Source: Spirochaetota bacterium (GTDB taxonomy: Bacteria; Spirochaetota; UBA4802; UBA5550). From it: 24,000 nt of DNA. Position 1 is the stretch's first letter. Each line of letters opens with the position of its first letter. Below are positions 1 to 7,477 of the stretch, piece by piece. The stretch is taken from NCBI GenBank assembly GCA_012730035.1, contig JAAYBQ010000126.1, forward strand, positions 3,599 through 27,598. Direction: 5' to 3'. A program made the position numbers and the translations under genes. The notes under the pieces are model-generated. The model ran no database searches, was not told the origin of the DNA, and was given only the letters and a program-made list of their open reading frames with translations.

Positions 1-409
1 AGCCTTTTAAAAAAACTGCCGGGGCTACATTGAATTTTTTTGCAAGCGCCCTGATCTGTCTCACGTTAAGCTCCCTTTTTCCGTTCAGTATTTCCGAAAC
101 AACACCCTGTGAACCTATCTCCGCAAGATCTGACTGCCTGGTATTAGTTTCTGCCATAAGGTACTGAAGAATTTCAACTGCGCCTGCTTCGGGCACGTTA
201 TATTTATCTTTTTCATATTCGGCTAAAAGTATACCGACTGTTTCCATCAGTGCAGTAAGAGGGTGATTCTGGTCTTCACCGATTTCATCCACGAGAGAAT
301 CGAGAAGGTCAGACATCCGCCTGTATGATTCTTGATCATGGGGAACAGAAAGATAATCTGCAACACCCGGCCATGACTTGCTGAATATTTTTTTAACACT
401 TATATTCAT
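1..409 (-). CDS. higA: HigA-family antitoxin with a C-terminal XRE-type HTH; its C-terminus runs off the left window edge
   Basis: Manual translation from ATG 409..407 gives MNISVKKIFSKSW...VSEILNGKRELNVRQIRALAKKFNVAPAVFLKG, open to position 2. This is a typical HigA HTH tail. The start overlaps the higB stop as ATGA (406..409). It is missing from the ORF track because it is open at the edge. Confidence 0.8.
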   Translation of the reverse strand, partial: MNISVKKIFSKSWPGVADYLSVPHDQESYRRMSDLLDSLVDEIGEDQNHPLTALMETVGILLAEYEKDKYNVPEAGAVEILQYLMAETNTRQSDLAEIGSQGVVSEILNGKRELNVRQIRALAKKFNVAPAVFLKG

Positions 410-699
410 TTGTTATCTCTCCACTTCCCTTTATCATATTCCGCGTGAGTCAGTATGTATCTAATATAAAGCATTTTCCTGTTATAATGTATGCCGGCAA
501 TTAAACGGTACTTATTTCCACCAATATTAAAAACGGAAAGGTTATTCACCCTGTCAACGGTACTGAAAGTATGCCGCAAATCTATAAAAGACATAAAATC
601 CGTCTTCGAAACAATGGCGTACCAGCTTTTAAGAGCATTTTCACTTTCTGGGTGAATCTCTGCAAATTCGATTATACGCGCCTTTGAAATAACTTTCAT
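406..699 (-). CDS. higB: HigB-family type II toxin (RelE-like, ribosome-dependent mRNA endonuclease)
   Basis: The 97-aa product has the ...FNIGGNKYRLIAGIHYNRKMLYIRYILTHAEYDKGKW pattern characteristic of HigB toxins. Gene order is toxin first, then antitoxin, with 4-nt overlap coupling. Confidence 0.85.
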   Translation of the reverse strand: MKVISKARIIEFAEIHPESENALKSWYAIVSKTDFMSFIDLRHTFSTVDRVNNLSVFNIGGNKYRLIAGIHYNRKMLYIRYILTHAEYDKGKWRDNK

Positions 700-706
700 A
701 AATCCA

Positions 707-734
707 ATTATATCTCATTTTGAGATTTTGTCAA
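707..734 (-). promoter_or_regulatory. Candidate higBA promoter with an embedded palindromic operator
   Basis: The minus strand reads TTGACA (729..734), a 16-nt spacer, then TATAAT (707..712). The spacer and -10 contain the inverted repeat ATCTCA-ttt-TGAGAT (712..726). The ATG at 699 lies only about 8 nt after the -10, which implies a very short or absent leader. Confidence 0.55.
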
Positions 735-827
735 TATTTATACTACTATAATAAATATTTCTTATTAATACTATTATATTATACAAGTATGTTGTTGATT
801 TAAAATATTAATCTCATCCCCAAATAG

Positions 828-2291
828 ATGAAAAGTGATACCATGAACAGAAACCAGATAAAACAGATCAACGACTACCTTTACGAAATCCCGGCCGATG
901 CGTCACCCGGAATGAAGGTGCCTGCACGAATTTATGCATCTGAAAAACTTATCCGTGAAATGGACACCGCGGTATTTACCCAGATTATAAACGTTACAAC
1001 ACTCCCCGGCATAACAGGCCCGGCACTGTGCATGCCCGACGCTCATTCAGGCTACGGCTTCCCCATTGGCGGAGTTGCAGCCATCGATCCTGACTCAGGT
1101 ATCATCTCACCCGGAGGGATTGGTTTTGACATAAACTGCGGCGTGCGCCTCCTCTCAACCTCACTTACATACAATGAGGTCAGGCCGCGCATTAAGGAAC
1201 TTGTTGACACGCTCTTCCGCAGCATCCCTTCGGGAGTCGGTTCAGGCGGAATAGTAAAACTTACAGACAGCCAGTTTGACGAGGCAATGGTAAAGGGATC
1301 CAAGTGGGCGCTCGAACATGGCTTCGGGACCCCTTCGGACTGCGAGTTCACCGAAGAGAACGGGATGATCAGGGGCGCCGACCCTTCAGCCGTGTCACAG
1401 AGGGCACGCGAACGCGGTGCGGGGCAGATCGGCTCACTCGGTTCAGGCAACCACTACCTTGAGGTACAGGTGGCTCGTAAAGGGAACATTATAGATCCAG
1501 CAACTGCTGCAATCTTCGGGATAAATAAGGATGACCAGGTCATGATCATGATACACACAGGGAGCAGGGGATTTGGTCACCAGGTGGCAACAGATTACCT
1601 TCAGCTCTTCGCTTCGCAGCAGAAACGTTTCGGTTATGCGCTGCCCGACCGCGAACTAGCCTGCGCGCCGTTCAGATCAAAAGAGGGTCAGGACTATTTT
1701 TCCGCAATGAACTGCGCCATCAACATCGCATTCCTTAACCGCCAGCTTATAATTCACAAAACGCGCGAGATACTCCATGAAATGTTCGGCAGAACGCGTG
1801 GTCTTACGGTAAACACGGTGTACGATGTCTGCCACAACACGGCTAAGCTTGAAAAACATACTGTAAACGGAAAAGAAAAAATACTTCTCATACACAGAAA
1901 GGGTGCCACGCGCGCGTTCCCGCCAGGAAGCAGAGACATACCGGAAAGTTACAGGAGAACGGGCCAGCCGGTCCTTGTGGGCGGGAGCATGGAGAGCGGG
2001 TCTTGCATAATGTGCGGTACCGAAAGCGGATCGCCGGGTCTGTACACCACTGTCCACGGGAGCGGACGCGTCATGTCGCGACACGAGGCAAAGCGGCACT
2101 TTAACGGCCGGGAACTCCAGAAGAGAATGGAATCGCATGGAATACTTATCCGCACCGCGTCATTCTCCGGCCTTGCCGAAGAGGCTGGCGGCGCATACAA
2201 GAACATGAACGACGTGGTTGACTCGGCAGAAAAGGCAGGTCTGGGGAAGGTGGTGGCAACACTTGAACCCGTAGGGAACATTAAGGGATAA
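828..2291 (+). CDS. rtcB: RNA 3'-phosphate/5'-OH ligase RtcB
   Basis: The 487-aa product carries the RtcB signature blocks MPDAHSGYGFPIGGVAA, GFDINCGVRL, GSGNHYLEVQ, HTGSRGFGHQ, CHNTA, HRKGATRA and HGSGR. The start could also be ATG 843; no clear SD precedes either. Confidence 0.95.
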   Translation: MKSDTMNRNQIKQINDYLYEIPADASPGMKVPARIYASEKLIREMDTAVFTQIINVTTLPGITGPALCMPDAHSGYGFPIGGVAAIDPDSGIISPGGIGFDINCGVRLLSTSLTYNEVRPRIKELVDTLFRSIPSGVGSGGIVKLTDSQFDEAMVKGSKWALEHGFGTPSDCEFTEENGMIRGADPSAVSQRARERGAGQIGSLGSGNHYLEVQVARKGNIIDPATAAIFGINKDDQVMIMIHTGSRGFGHQVATDYLQLFASQQKRFGYALPDRELACAPFRSKEGQDYFSAMNCAINIAFLNRQLIIHKTREILHEMFGRTRGLTVNTVYDVCHNTAKLEKHTVNGKEKILLIHRKGATRAFPPGSRDIPESYRRTGQPVLVGGSMESGSCIMCGTESGSPGLYTTVHGSGRVMSRHEAKRHFNGRELQKRMESHGILIRTASFSGLAEEAGGAYKNMNDVVDSAEKAGLGKVVATLEPVGNIKG

Positions 2292-2722
2292 TGGACTACG
2301 AGATAATTCATGACATTACATCCGCTGATATAGCGGTGCGCATTAAGGGCGATACCCTCGCCGGTCTCTTTGTGAACGCAGGGAACACATTAATGAGTGA
2401 ACTCATGGATGATATCACCATGATAAACCGTGAAGTCCGGGTCACAGGCGAACTCCGGAACGATGAACTGGATATGCTCTACTTTGAGTTTCTGAACGAA
2501 TTCATTTTTTATAAGGATTCGCAGGATTTGCTGCTGCTCCCTGAAACAGTCGAGGTTACAAAAAAATCCGGCACTAATATTTGCCGTTATACACTTGCAG
2601 GTGAACAGATAGACAGGGAAAGGCACACGTTCAGGGTGGACATCAAGGCTGTTACCCTGCACGGGCTAAAGGTATATGAACGCAACGGAAACTTTATAGC
2701 AGTAACCGTCTTTGATGTATAA
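2291..2722 (+). CDS. Archease (RtcB activator/chaperone)
   Basis: The 143-aa product has N-terminal ...HDITSADIAVRIKGDTLAGLFVNAGNTLMS and C-terminal VDIKAVTLHGLKV...VTVFDV, matching the archease fold pattern. Its ATG overlaps the rtcB TAA as TAATG (2289..2293). Confidence 0.85.
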   Translation: MDYEIIHDITSADIAVRIKGDTLAGLFVNAGNTLMSELMDDITMINREVRVTGELRNDELDMLYFEFLNEFIFYKDSQDLLLLPETVEVTKKSGTNICRYTLAGEQIDRERHTFRVDIKAVTLHGLKVYERNGNFIAVTVFDV

Positions 2723-2824
2723 TGTTAAAAAAAGCATACTTTCCACTTATCTCTACGCTGATTTGTTTGATTTTCTGATAGTGCCATATTATATATACAT
2801 ATAGTATAACAGGAAAAGTTTTTC

Positions 2825-2851
2825 ATTCCGGCTGAAACGAAATGCCGGAAT
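2825..2851. other. GC-rich hairpin of the ATTCC...GGAAT family, downstream of the archease gene
   Basis: ATTCCGGC-tgaaacgaaat-GCCGGAAT gives an 8-bp stem. No U-tract follows on either strand. Confidence 0.4.
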
Positions 2852-2953
2852 CTTACTGATACATATAGCACATTGCATTGACTGATCCAATCCTCATGGT
2901 TCCGGTATTTCCCTTTCTGGAAAACGGAATGACAAAACGAAAAGAGGTCTCTT

Positions 2954-4831
2954 ATGAATACATATTTAAAAGCACTCATAGTGAATGTTGCTGACGGTTT
3001 CTACAAGGTGAACAGGTACAAGGTGGGTGATTACTTCGGGCCCGTTGACCTGGGGCTTCACCTTTCGCGCCATTTTGGAAGCCTCAACATAGGGGCCGGG
3101 CTTCTTGCCGGATCAATCTTTCCCGGATCTAACAGACTGATTGTTACGGGCTTCTCTCCCGCCTGGAGCGGATTCTACGTTTCCACAATGGGAGGTGCCG
3201 GCCTTGTGTTCAACGATCTTGGAATAGACATGCTGGCAATAAGGGGCAAGGCGCCCACACCATCAGTTCTCTACCTTAACAGGATACACGGTGAGGAGAT
3301 ACAGATAGACATTCAGCCCCTTGATATTATGAATATATGGAAAAGCGGCCGCGGTGGAATTTATTCACTCACAGACCATGTCTACGATATGTTCGGGACT
3401 CAGTATGACAACGATCCCCGCATACTTGTAACCGGCCCTGCCGCCGTTAATACAGGCTATGCAGCAATTGCATCAATGCCCATTAAAAAAGGCGAGATAT
3501 CTTTCGTCGATACCTGGGCAGGCCGCGGCGGATTCGGCTCCAAGATGTACCAGGAGCATGGACTGGCAGCAATAATTTACGGCGGAACATTTATTGACCA
3601 GGACTTCAGGGACAGGACCGTCGCTGACCAGTGGTTCGTTGACAAGTACAACAAGAAGCTTGCGGCAAAGGACCTTGAGGCTACAGCCAAGTACAGGTTC
3701 GAGGAGAACTTCAACACCGGCGGAACATTCGGCGTGAACTATGCGACCCTTGGCGGACGCATGATATCGTTCAACTACCGCAGCATGTACTGGACAGAAG
3801 AAAAACGGCTTGAAGTGCACGAAAAATTCGTGCGCAACCATTACCTTAAGCAGTTCAACGAAGAGACCATCGCAACCAAACAGCAGACAACTTGCGGCGA
3901 ACCATGCGTCGCTGTATGCAAAAAGATGCGCGGTGAATTTAAAAAAGACTATGAACCCTACCAGGCTATGGGGCCCCTTGCCGGCATATTTGACCAGCGC
4001 GCGGCAGAGAAGCTTAACCACAGGGCCGACACCTACGCATTTGATGCAATCTCGGCAGGAGGGGTCGTTGCCTGGCTCATGGACTGCATGGCTGACGGGC
4101 TGCTTAAACCCTCTGACCTGGGTCTAACTGACCGGCTGCCCAAGTTTGATCCCGACAATTTTGATGTTGTAAACGACTCAATGCATAACGCGGAGATTGG
4201 CTGCGAGATACTCGACTCAATTGTCGAAGGCCGCAGCCCCATTAACCTCCGGGCAGGCGCGCGTAAACTGGCCCGTCGATTATCAGGCAGACACCACAAA
4301 GAGATAATTGACCGCTTTGTATGTATTTCGTTCGCGCGCAACGGGTGGATGGTTCCCAACCAGTACTGGACACCGGGAGTCCTTTCACCAATGGCTATAA
4401 TGGGTAAATACTTCATGCACTACGGCGAAGAATTTTTACCCCCGCGCGAGCTTGGGCGAAAGGATGCAATAAGATTCAAGCAGGAACTCATACTTGACAA
4501 CATGGGCATGTGCAGGTTTCACCGTAAGTGGGCAGAAGAGATGATACCGGAGGTGATGGAGTCCCTTTTCGGAATGCAGGAACAGTATCTGCACAAAATA
4601 TCAATGGCAGCCGCGCGAATCAATGCACGCAACTCCTCCGTATTATGGGAGGGCGAGAGAAACATTGACTTTATCTACAATTTTCTGAAACGTAAACGGG
4701 ATGTGGATGGCGAGAAACACCCGGATCTCCAGAAATGGATAGACGAATTTGAAAAGGACAAAAAAGAGGCAGCGTTGAGTTTCTGGTACGAGATACACAA
4801 GGGGATACAGGAAACACTTACGGATTACTGA
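2954..4831 (+). CDS. aor: Aldehyde:ferredoxin oxidoreductase family protein (tungstopterin/[4Fe-4S] type), divergent subfamily
   Basis: The 625-aa product has an AOR-like N-terminal domain (...LIVTGFSPAWSGFYVSTMGGAGLVFNDLGIDMLAIRGKAPTPSVLYL). It has the Cys cluster TCGEPCVAVCKK plus a distal DNMGMCRFH. The cluster spacing is CX3CX3C, not the classical CX2CX3C. Confidence 0.85.
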   Translation: MNTYLKALIVNVADGFYKVNRYKVGDYFGPVDLGLHLSRHFGSLNIGAGLLAGSIFPGSNRLIVTGFSPAWSGFYVSTMGGAGLVFNDLGIDMLAIRGKAPTPSVLYLNRIHGEEIQIDIQPLDIMNIWKSGRGGIYSLTDHVYDMFGTQYDNDPRILVTGPAAVNTGYAAIASMPIKKGEISFVDTWAGRGGFGSKMYQEHGLAAIIYGGTFIDQDFRDRTVADQWFVDKYNKKLAAKDLEATAKYRFEENFNTGGTFGVNYATLGGRMISFNYRSMYWTEEKRLEVHEKFVRNHYLKQFNEETIATKQQTTCGEPCVAVCKKMRGEFKKDYEPYQAMGPLAGIFDQRAAEKLNHRADTYAFDAISAGGVVAWLMDCMADGLLKPSDLGLTDRLPKFDPDNFDVVNDSMHNAEIGCEILDSIVEGRSPINLRAGARKLARRLSGRHHKEIIDRFVCISFARNGWMVPNQYWTPGVLSPMAIMGKYFMHYGEEFLPPRELGRKDAIRFKQELILDNMGMCRFHRKWAEEMIPEVMESLFGMQEQYLHKISMAAARINARNSSVLWEGERNIDFIYNFLKRKRDVDGEKHPDLQKWIDEFEKDKKEAALSFWYEIHKGIQETLTDY

Positions 4832-4857
4832 TTGCATGAATAGATATAATGCTTGCT

Positions 4858-4925
4858 CCCGGCAGAGATATAATTAACACACATATACAAATTTCTGCCA
4901 CCCTTAGAGGGGGTTTGTTAACTTA
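4858..4925 (+). repeat. Dispersed intergenic repeat, copy A (partner at 21035..21102, inverted)
   Basis: The 19/19-nt core CCCGGCAGAGATATAATTA (4858..4876) is identical to the reverse complement of 21084..21102. By my own base-by-base comparison, 19 of the next 27 positions match. Both copies then share a CACCC-loop-GGGGGT hairpin (4898..4914) and AACTTA (4920..4925). Confidence 0.7.
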
Positions 4926-4951
4926 GATATTTAATATTTTAAATCCCTCAA

Positions 4952-4986
4952 TTCCCCCCGGGGGAAGCCGAGATAAGTTAATCGGC
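4952..4986. other. Two adjacent hairpins between the convergent aor and DUF697 genes (possible bidirectional terminator region)
   Basis: TTCCCCCC/GGGGGAA is a palindrome (4952..4966). It is followed by GCCGA-gataagttaa-TCGGC (4967..4986). Confidence 0.35.
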
Positions 4987-5065
4987 TGGAGGCCGGGAAA
5001 AAATTGAAACGGGTAAAAGTTAACTTATTCAAAGTGACTTTGTCTGAATCAATATTCATGATAAT

Positions 5066-5626
5066 TTACTTCGCCTTGTTCAGCAGCTTCTCCTTGAGGC
5101 TCTGGAACTCGGCTTCTGAGATCGCTCCTGAATTCTTCAGCTCCTGCAGCTTTTCGACAGTAGAAATGACATCATCCTTCGAAAAACTTTTCTTTAAATT
5201 CTTCGCGTACTCCCTCCCCTTATCAACATACTCCTTGTACTTTGCCTTGACCGCTTCAGTGTTGAGACTGTCAAGTGTGCCGTTATTGGCAAAGTGGCTG
5301 TCAAATATTTTACCCAGAGCATAGGTAGTGGCACCGGAGATTATTACCTGCGATGCAATGCCAAGAAGAGTACCAACACCTGGCAGAGCCTTTACTATGC
5401 TCGCGCCAAGCCTTGTGGCGGATGCGCCTGCGATTGATGTCGCCAGAGTCTTACCCTTGTTCGAGTCATAATCCACCTTATGAAATTCGGCCACCTTCTG
5501 TATCAGGTCATACTGGATTGCAGATACGGCAACGAAGTCCGCAACCGGAACTGGTATCGCACCTGCGGTCATGGCATAGATTACATGGGTCTTGATAATA
5601 TCATCAATGGTTTTAGTTTCGGGCAT
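5066..5626 (-). CDS. DUF697-like domain protein with a C-terminal SHOCT motif
   Basis: The 186-aa product has an N-terminal Gly/Ala-rich amphipathic region (...AMTAGAIPVPVADFVAVSAIQYDLIQKVAEFHKV...GASATRLGASIVKALPGVGTLLG) resembling DUF697. Its tail VEKLQELKNSGAISEAEFQSLKEKLL matches the SHOCT pattern. A strong SD is present (AAAGGAGAAACAAT-ATG). Confidence 0.65.
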   Translation of the reverse strand: MPETKTIDDIIKTHVIYAMTAGAIPVPVADFVAVSAIQYDLIQKVAEFHKVDYDSNKGKTLATSIAGASATRLGASIVKALPGVGTLLGIASQVIISGATTYALGKIFDSHFANNGTLDSLNTEAVKAKYKEYVDKGREYAKNLKKSFSKDDVISTVEKLQELKNSGAISEAEFQSLKEKLLNKAK

Positions 5627-5655
5627 ATTGTTTCTCCTTTTTTAATACATGTTTT

Positions 5656-5684
5656 AATCTACTGAGCTTCATATATCATGTCAA
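5656..5684 (-). promoter_or_regulatory. Candidate sigma70-type promoter for the DUF697/SHOCT gene
   Basis: The minus strand reads TTGACA (5679..5684), a 17-nt spacer, then TAGATT (5656..5661). It sits in the 64-nt gap after the hgcB stop. Confidence 0.45.
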
Positions 5685-5690
5685 CAATTC

Positions 5691-5975
5691 CTAACAGCAT
5701 CCCGAACTGGAATCGCATCCGCAAACCGGTTCTGTCCCTCGCAGCATCCCTGTAATCACCGCAGCAGCACACCCCACACCAGAATTCACAGAAATTGCGC
5801 CGAACGCGCAGTTCTTCGCGCACGCGCCGCACTCCATACATTTATCCTTATGCTTCATGACGGCCTTTTTGTCACTCATTTCAAAAACGGCGTGGGGGCA
5901 GACCTCTGTACAGCGGCCGCAGCCTGTGCATTTTTCCGGGAAAAACTTCAGTGTAGAATTCTGCAGGTATTTCAT
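5691..5975 (-). CDS. hgcB: Mercury-methylation ferredoxin HgcB (2x[4Fe-4S])
   Basis: The 94-aa product has two CX2CX2CX3C motifs (CTGCGRCTEVCP and CMECGACAKNCA). It also has the conserved GVGCA Cys and a Cys-rich tail ending in GCC. Its ATG overlaps the hgcA stop as ATGA (5972..5975). Confidence 0.9.
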   Translation of the reverse strand: MKYLQNSTLKFFPEKCTGCGRCTEVCPHAVFEMSDKKAVMKHKDKCMECGACAKNCAFGAISVNSGVGCAAAVITGMLRGTEPVCGCDSSSGCC

Positions 5976-7123
5976 ATCATTCCCCCCACCCTGTCATATA
6001 GTATTAGAAAAGCCGATAAAACAGCAGTTACAATATAAATCGGCAGAGCGTATTTTAATTCCTTTTTAACACCTGAAAGGTGTGTGAATGTTGTAGCGCC
6101 CGTGAACTGCACTGCAAAGTATGACGTAAACGCAGTAAACAGCAGTACAAAAGCAAGCTGCGTAAGTTCACTGTACTGGAAAACATCTGCCATTGAAAAA
6201 GAAAGCGGCACGAATACCGCAAGACCCGTGAGCAGACCCTTCAAAGCGAATGACCTGAACGGAACAAAGGGGAGCAGCATTGGGGTCATAAACGCGCCCG
6301 TGAGAACCGCGAACAGCCCGCCAAGCAGAAAGGGCATGCCGTCATAGAAGGCGTTTTTAAAGATTATCCCTTCCGGTGTCAGCCCGAAGATCACAAGCAC
6401 TGCAAGGGCAAACTGCGGGTACTTTTTCATTGCAGGGTTGATCTCCATTGGCGTGAGGACAAGCCTGTCAATCACACCGAACTTAATGATTCTCATTTCA
6501 CCTGTTGCCTTGTACCCGGCCGCAACATATGCCTTTATGTCCTTCGCAAGCACAGGCCCGTACATCACCCTGAACCCGGTCTGCTTCTGCACCTCTGCAG
6601 CATCAACACCGGGCGCGCCAAGCTGCGGAACAATAATCTTTCTATGTTTCACAACTTTCTCAACACCTGAAAGCCTGATCCTGTTCACAACTTCCGCAGT
6701 ACCGAATGTACCCTTCCCTGCCGCGCACCATACGTTAATTCCTTTTGTATCCAGCACAAGTATCCACGCGTTCATGCCATGAAGAGCTTCGCGCAGGTAA
6801 TTGAAGCTCATGCCGTAATTCGCGCTTACAAATACGTCCGAGTTCGATGAGGGATTGCCAACTGCGTATAGCCCTGGTACGACAGTGAAGTTGTTCCTGA
6901 AGCTGCCCGTGCGTGCCTTCACATGGTTCCACCGGTCTTTTCGCGTGAGAAGAGTAGCGGCAACAGGAAATGTGACTTGTTCATTAATAAAAGTTCCGGT
7001 TACAAAATCCTGCCTGAAAATACTGTCATCGATTTTTTGTGCAGGGCCGCAACATGCTGCAGCGGGACTTTTAAGCAGCATCGATTTATTACCGCCGGTA
7101 ACGGGTTGAAACTGTTTATCCAT
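5972..7123 (-). CDS. hgcA: Mercury-methylation corrinoid protein HgcA
   Basis: The 383-aa product has the cap-helix signature GINVWCAAGKGTFG. The motif codons lie at 6713..6736, and Cys133 is TGC at 6727..6725. The C-terminal half is multi-TM (about 5 hydrophobic helices), and the N-terminus has a CCGP motif. SD GGAGGTGA precedes the ATG. Confidence 0.93.
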   Translation of the reverse strand: MDKQFQPVTGGNKSMLLKSPAAACCGPAQKIDDSIFRQDFVTGTFINEQVTFPVAATLLTRKDRWNHVKARTGSFRNNFTVVPGLYAVGNPSSNSDVFVSANYGMSFNYLREALHGMNAWILVLDTKGINVWCAAGKGTFGTAEVVNRIRLSGVEKVVKHRKIIVPQLGAPGVDAAEVQKQTGFRVMYGPVLAKDIKAYVAAGYKATGEMRIIKFGVIDRLVLTPMEINPAMKKYPQFALAVLVIFGLTPEGIIFKNAFYDGMPFLLGGLFAVLTGAFMTPMLLPFVPFRSFALKGLLTGLAVFVPLSFSMADVFQYSELTQLAFVLLFTAFTSYFAVQFTGATTFTHLSGVKKELKYALPIYIVTAVLSAFLILYDRVGGMI

Positions 7124-7129
7124 AAATCC

Positions 7130-7453
7130 TCACCTCCCCCGGATCCCCCCGGTAAATTCATTCATAAGATATATCATCTCTTCAAAATTTTTTCTATTAA
7201 TGCAGTAGCATGAACGTGGCCCGTCAATTTCACCCATGATAAGTCCGCATTTCTTAAGCTCACCCAGGTGCTGGGAAACAGTGGACTGCGCAAGAGGCAG
7301 GACGTCCACGATCTGGCCGCAGATACAGGTGTTCCTCTCCGCAAGAATGTTCAGAATTGTTATGCGTGCCGGATGCGAGAGCGCCCTGGCATACTCCGCC
7401 AGACGTTTTGCATTATCGTTGAATTCGTTGCACTTTTTGTATGCCATAATCAT
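7130..7453 (-). CDS. arsR: ArsR/SmtB-family metalloregulator, first gene of the arsR-hgcAB operon
   Basis: It has the winged-HTH pattern [48 protein letters not shown]. The CIC pair sits at the position of the ArsR CVC metalloid site, and there is a further CYC near the C-terminus. The track ORF begins at a TTG (7480). The first ATGs are at 7453 and 7447, and I prefer one of those. Confidence 0.88.
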   Translation of the reverse strand: MIMAYKKCNEFNDNAKRLAEYARALSHPARITILNILAERNTCICGQIVDVLPLAQSTVSQHLGELKKCGLIMGEIDGPRSCYCINRKNFEEMIYLMNEFTGGIRGR

Positions 7454-7477
7454 ATTTATCGCATATATGCGATAAAT
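7454..7477. promoter_or_regulatory. Perfect 24-nt palindrome, candidate ArsR-type operator
   Basis: ATTTATCGCATATATGCGATAAAT equals its own reverse complement (12-0-12). It directly abuts the first ATG of arsR. A second AT-only palindrome, AAAAATAATTATTTTT, lies at 7482..7497. Confidence 0.5.

Noticed and set aside
1052-2311. Track ORFs antisense to rtcB (1052..1450, 1677..2138, 1754..1939 and 1949..2311, all minus strand).
   Set aside because: They lie entirely inside the strongly supported rtcB/archease coding region on the opposite strand. Their products are Pro/Arg/Ser-rich with no recognisable motifs, and no SD is present. They look like shadow ORFs of GC-richer coding sequence.
2725-2979. 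84-aa minus-strand ORF in the gap between archease and aor.
   Set aside because: It lies in AT-rich intergenic DNA, overlaps the aor start, has no SD and its sequence is not protein-like. The region is more plausibly the aor promoter and leader.
3473-4837. ORFs overlapping aor in other frames or on the other strand (3473..4021 minus, 3810..4127 plus, 4033..4416 minus, 4643..4837 minus).
   Set aside because: All are nested in the 625-aa AOR-family gene, which has clear family motifs. None has independent support.
5004-5665. Plus-strand ORFs (5004..5324, 5353..5595, 5480..5665) opposite the DUF697/SHOCT gene.
   Set aside because: They are antisense to a gene with a strong SD and recognisable domains. 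Their products are low-complexity Ser/Phe/Leu-rich or Arg/Pro-rich sequence.
2954-7123. The AOR-family enzyme as a dedicated electron donor (via ferredoxin) for HgcAB.
   Set aside because: The genes are convergent and separated by another gene, with hairpin-rich intergenic DNA between them. Proximity alone does not support a functional link.
5659-7213. ORFs antisense to or out of frame with hgcB/hgcA (for example 5659..5841 minus, 5850..6069 plus, 6084..6347 plus, 6438..6782 plus, 6735..6932 minus, 6855..7213 plus).
   Set aside because: They are nested in the hgcAB genes, which carry diagnostic motifs. There is no independent evidence for them.
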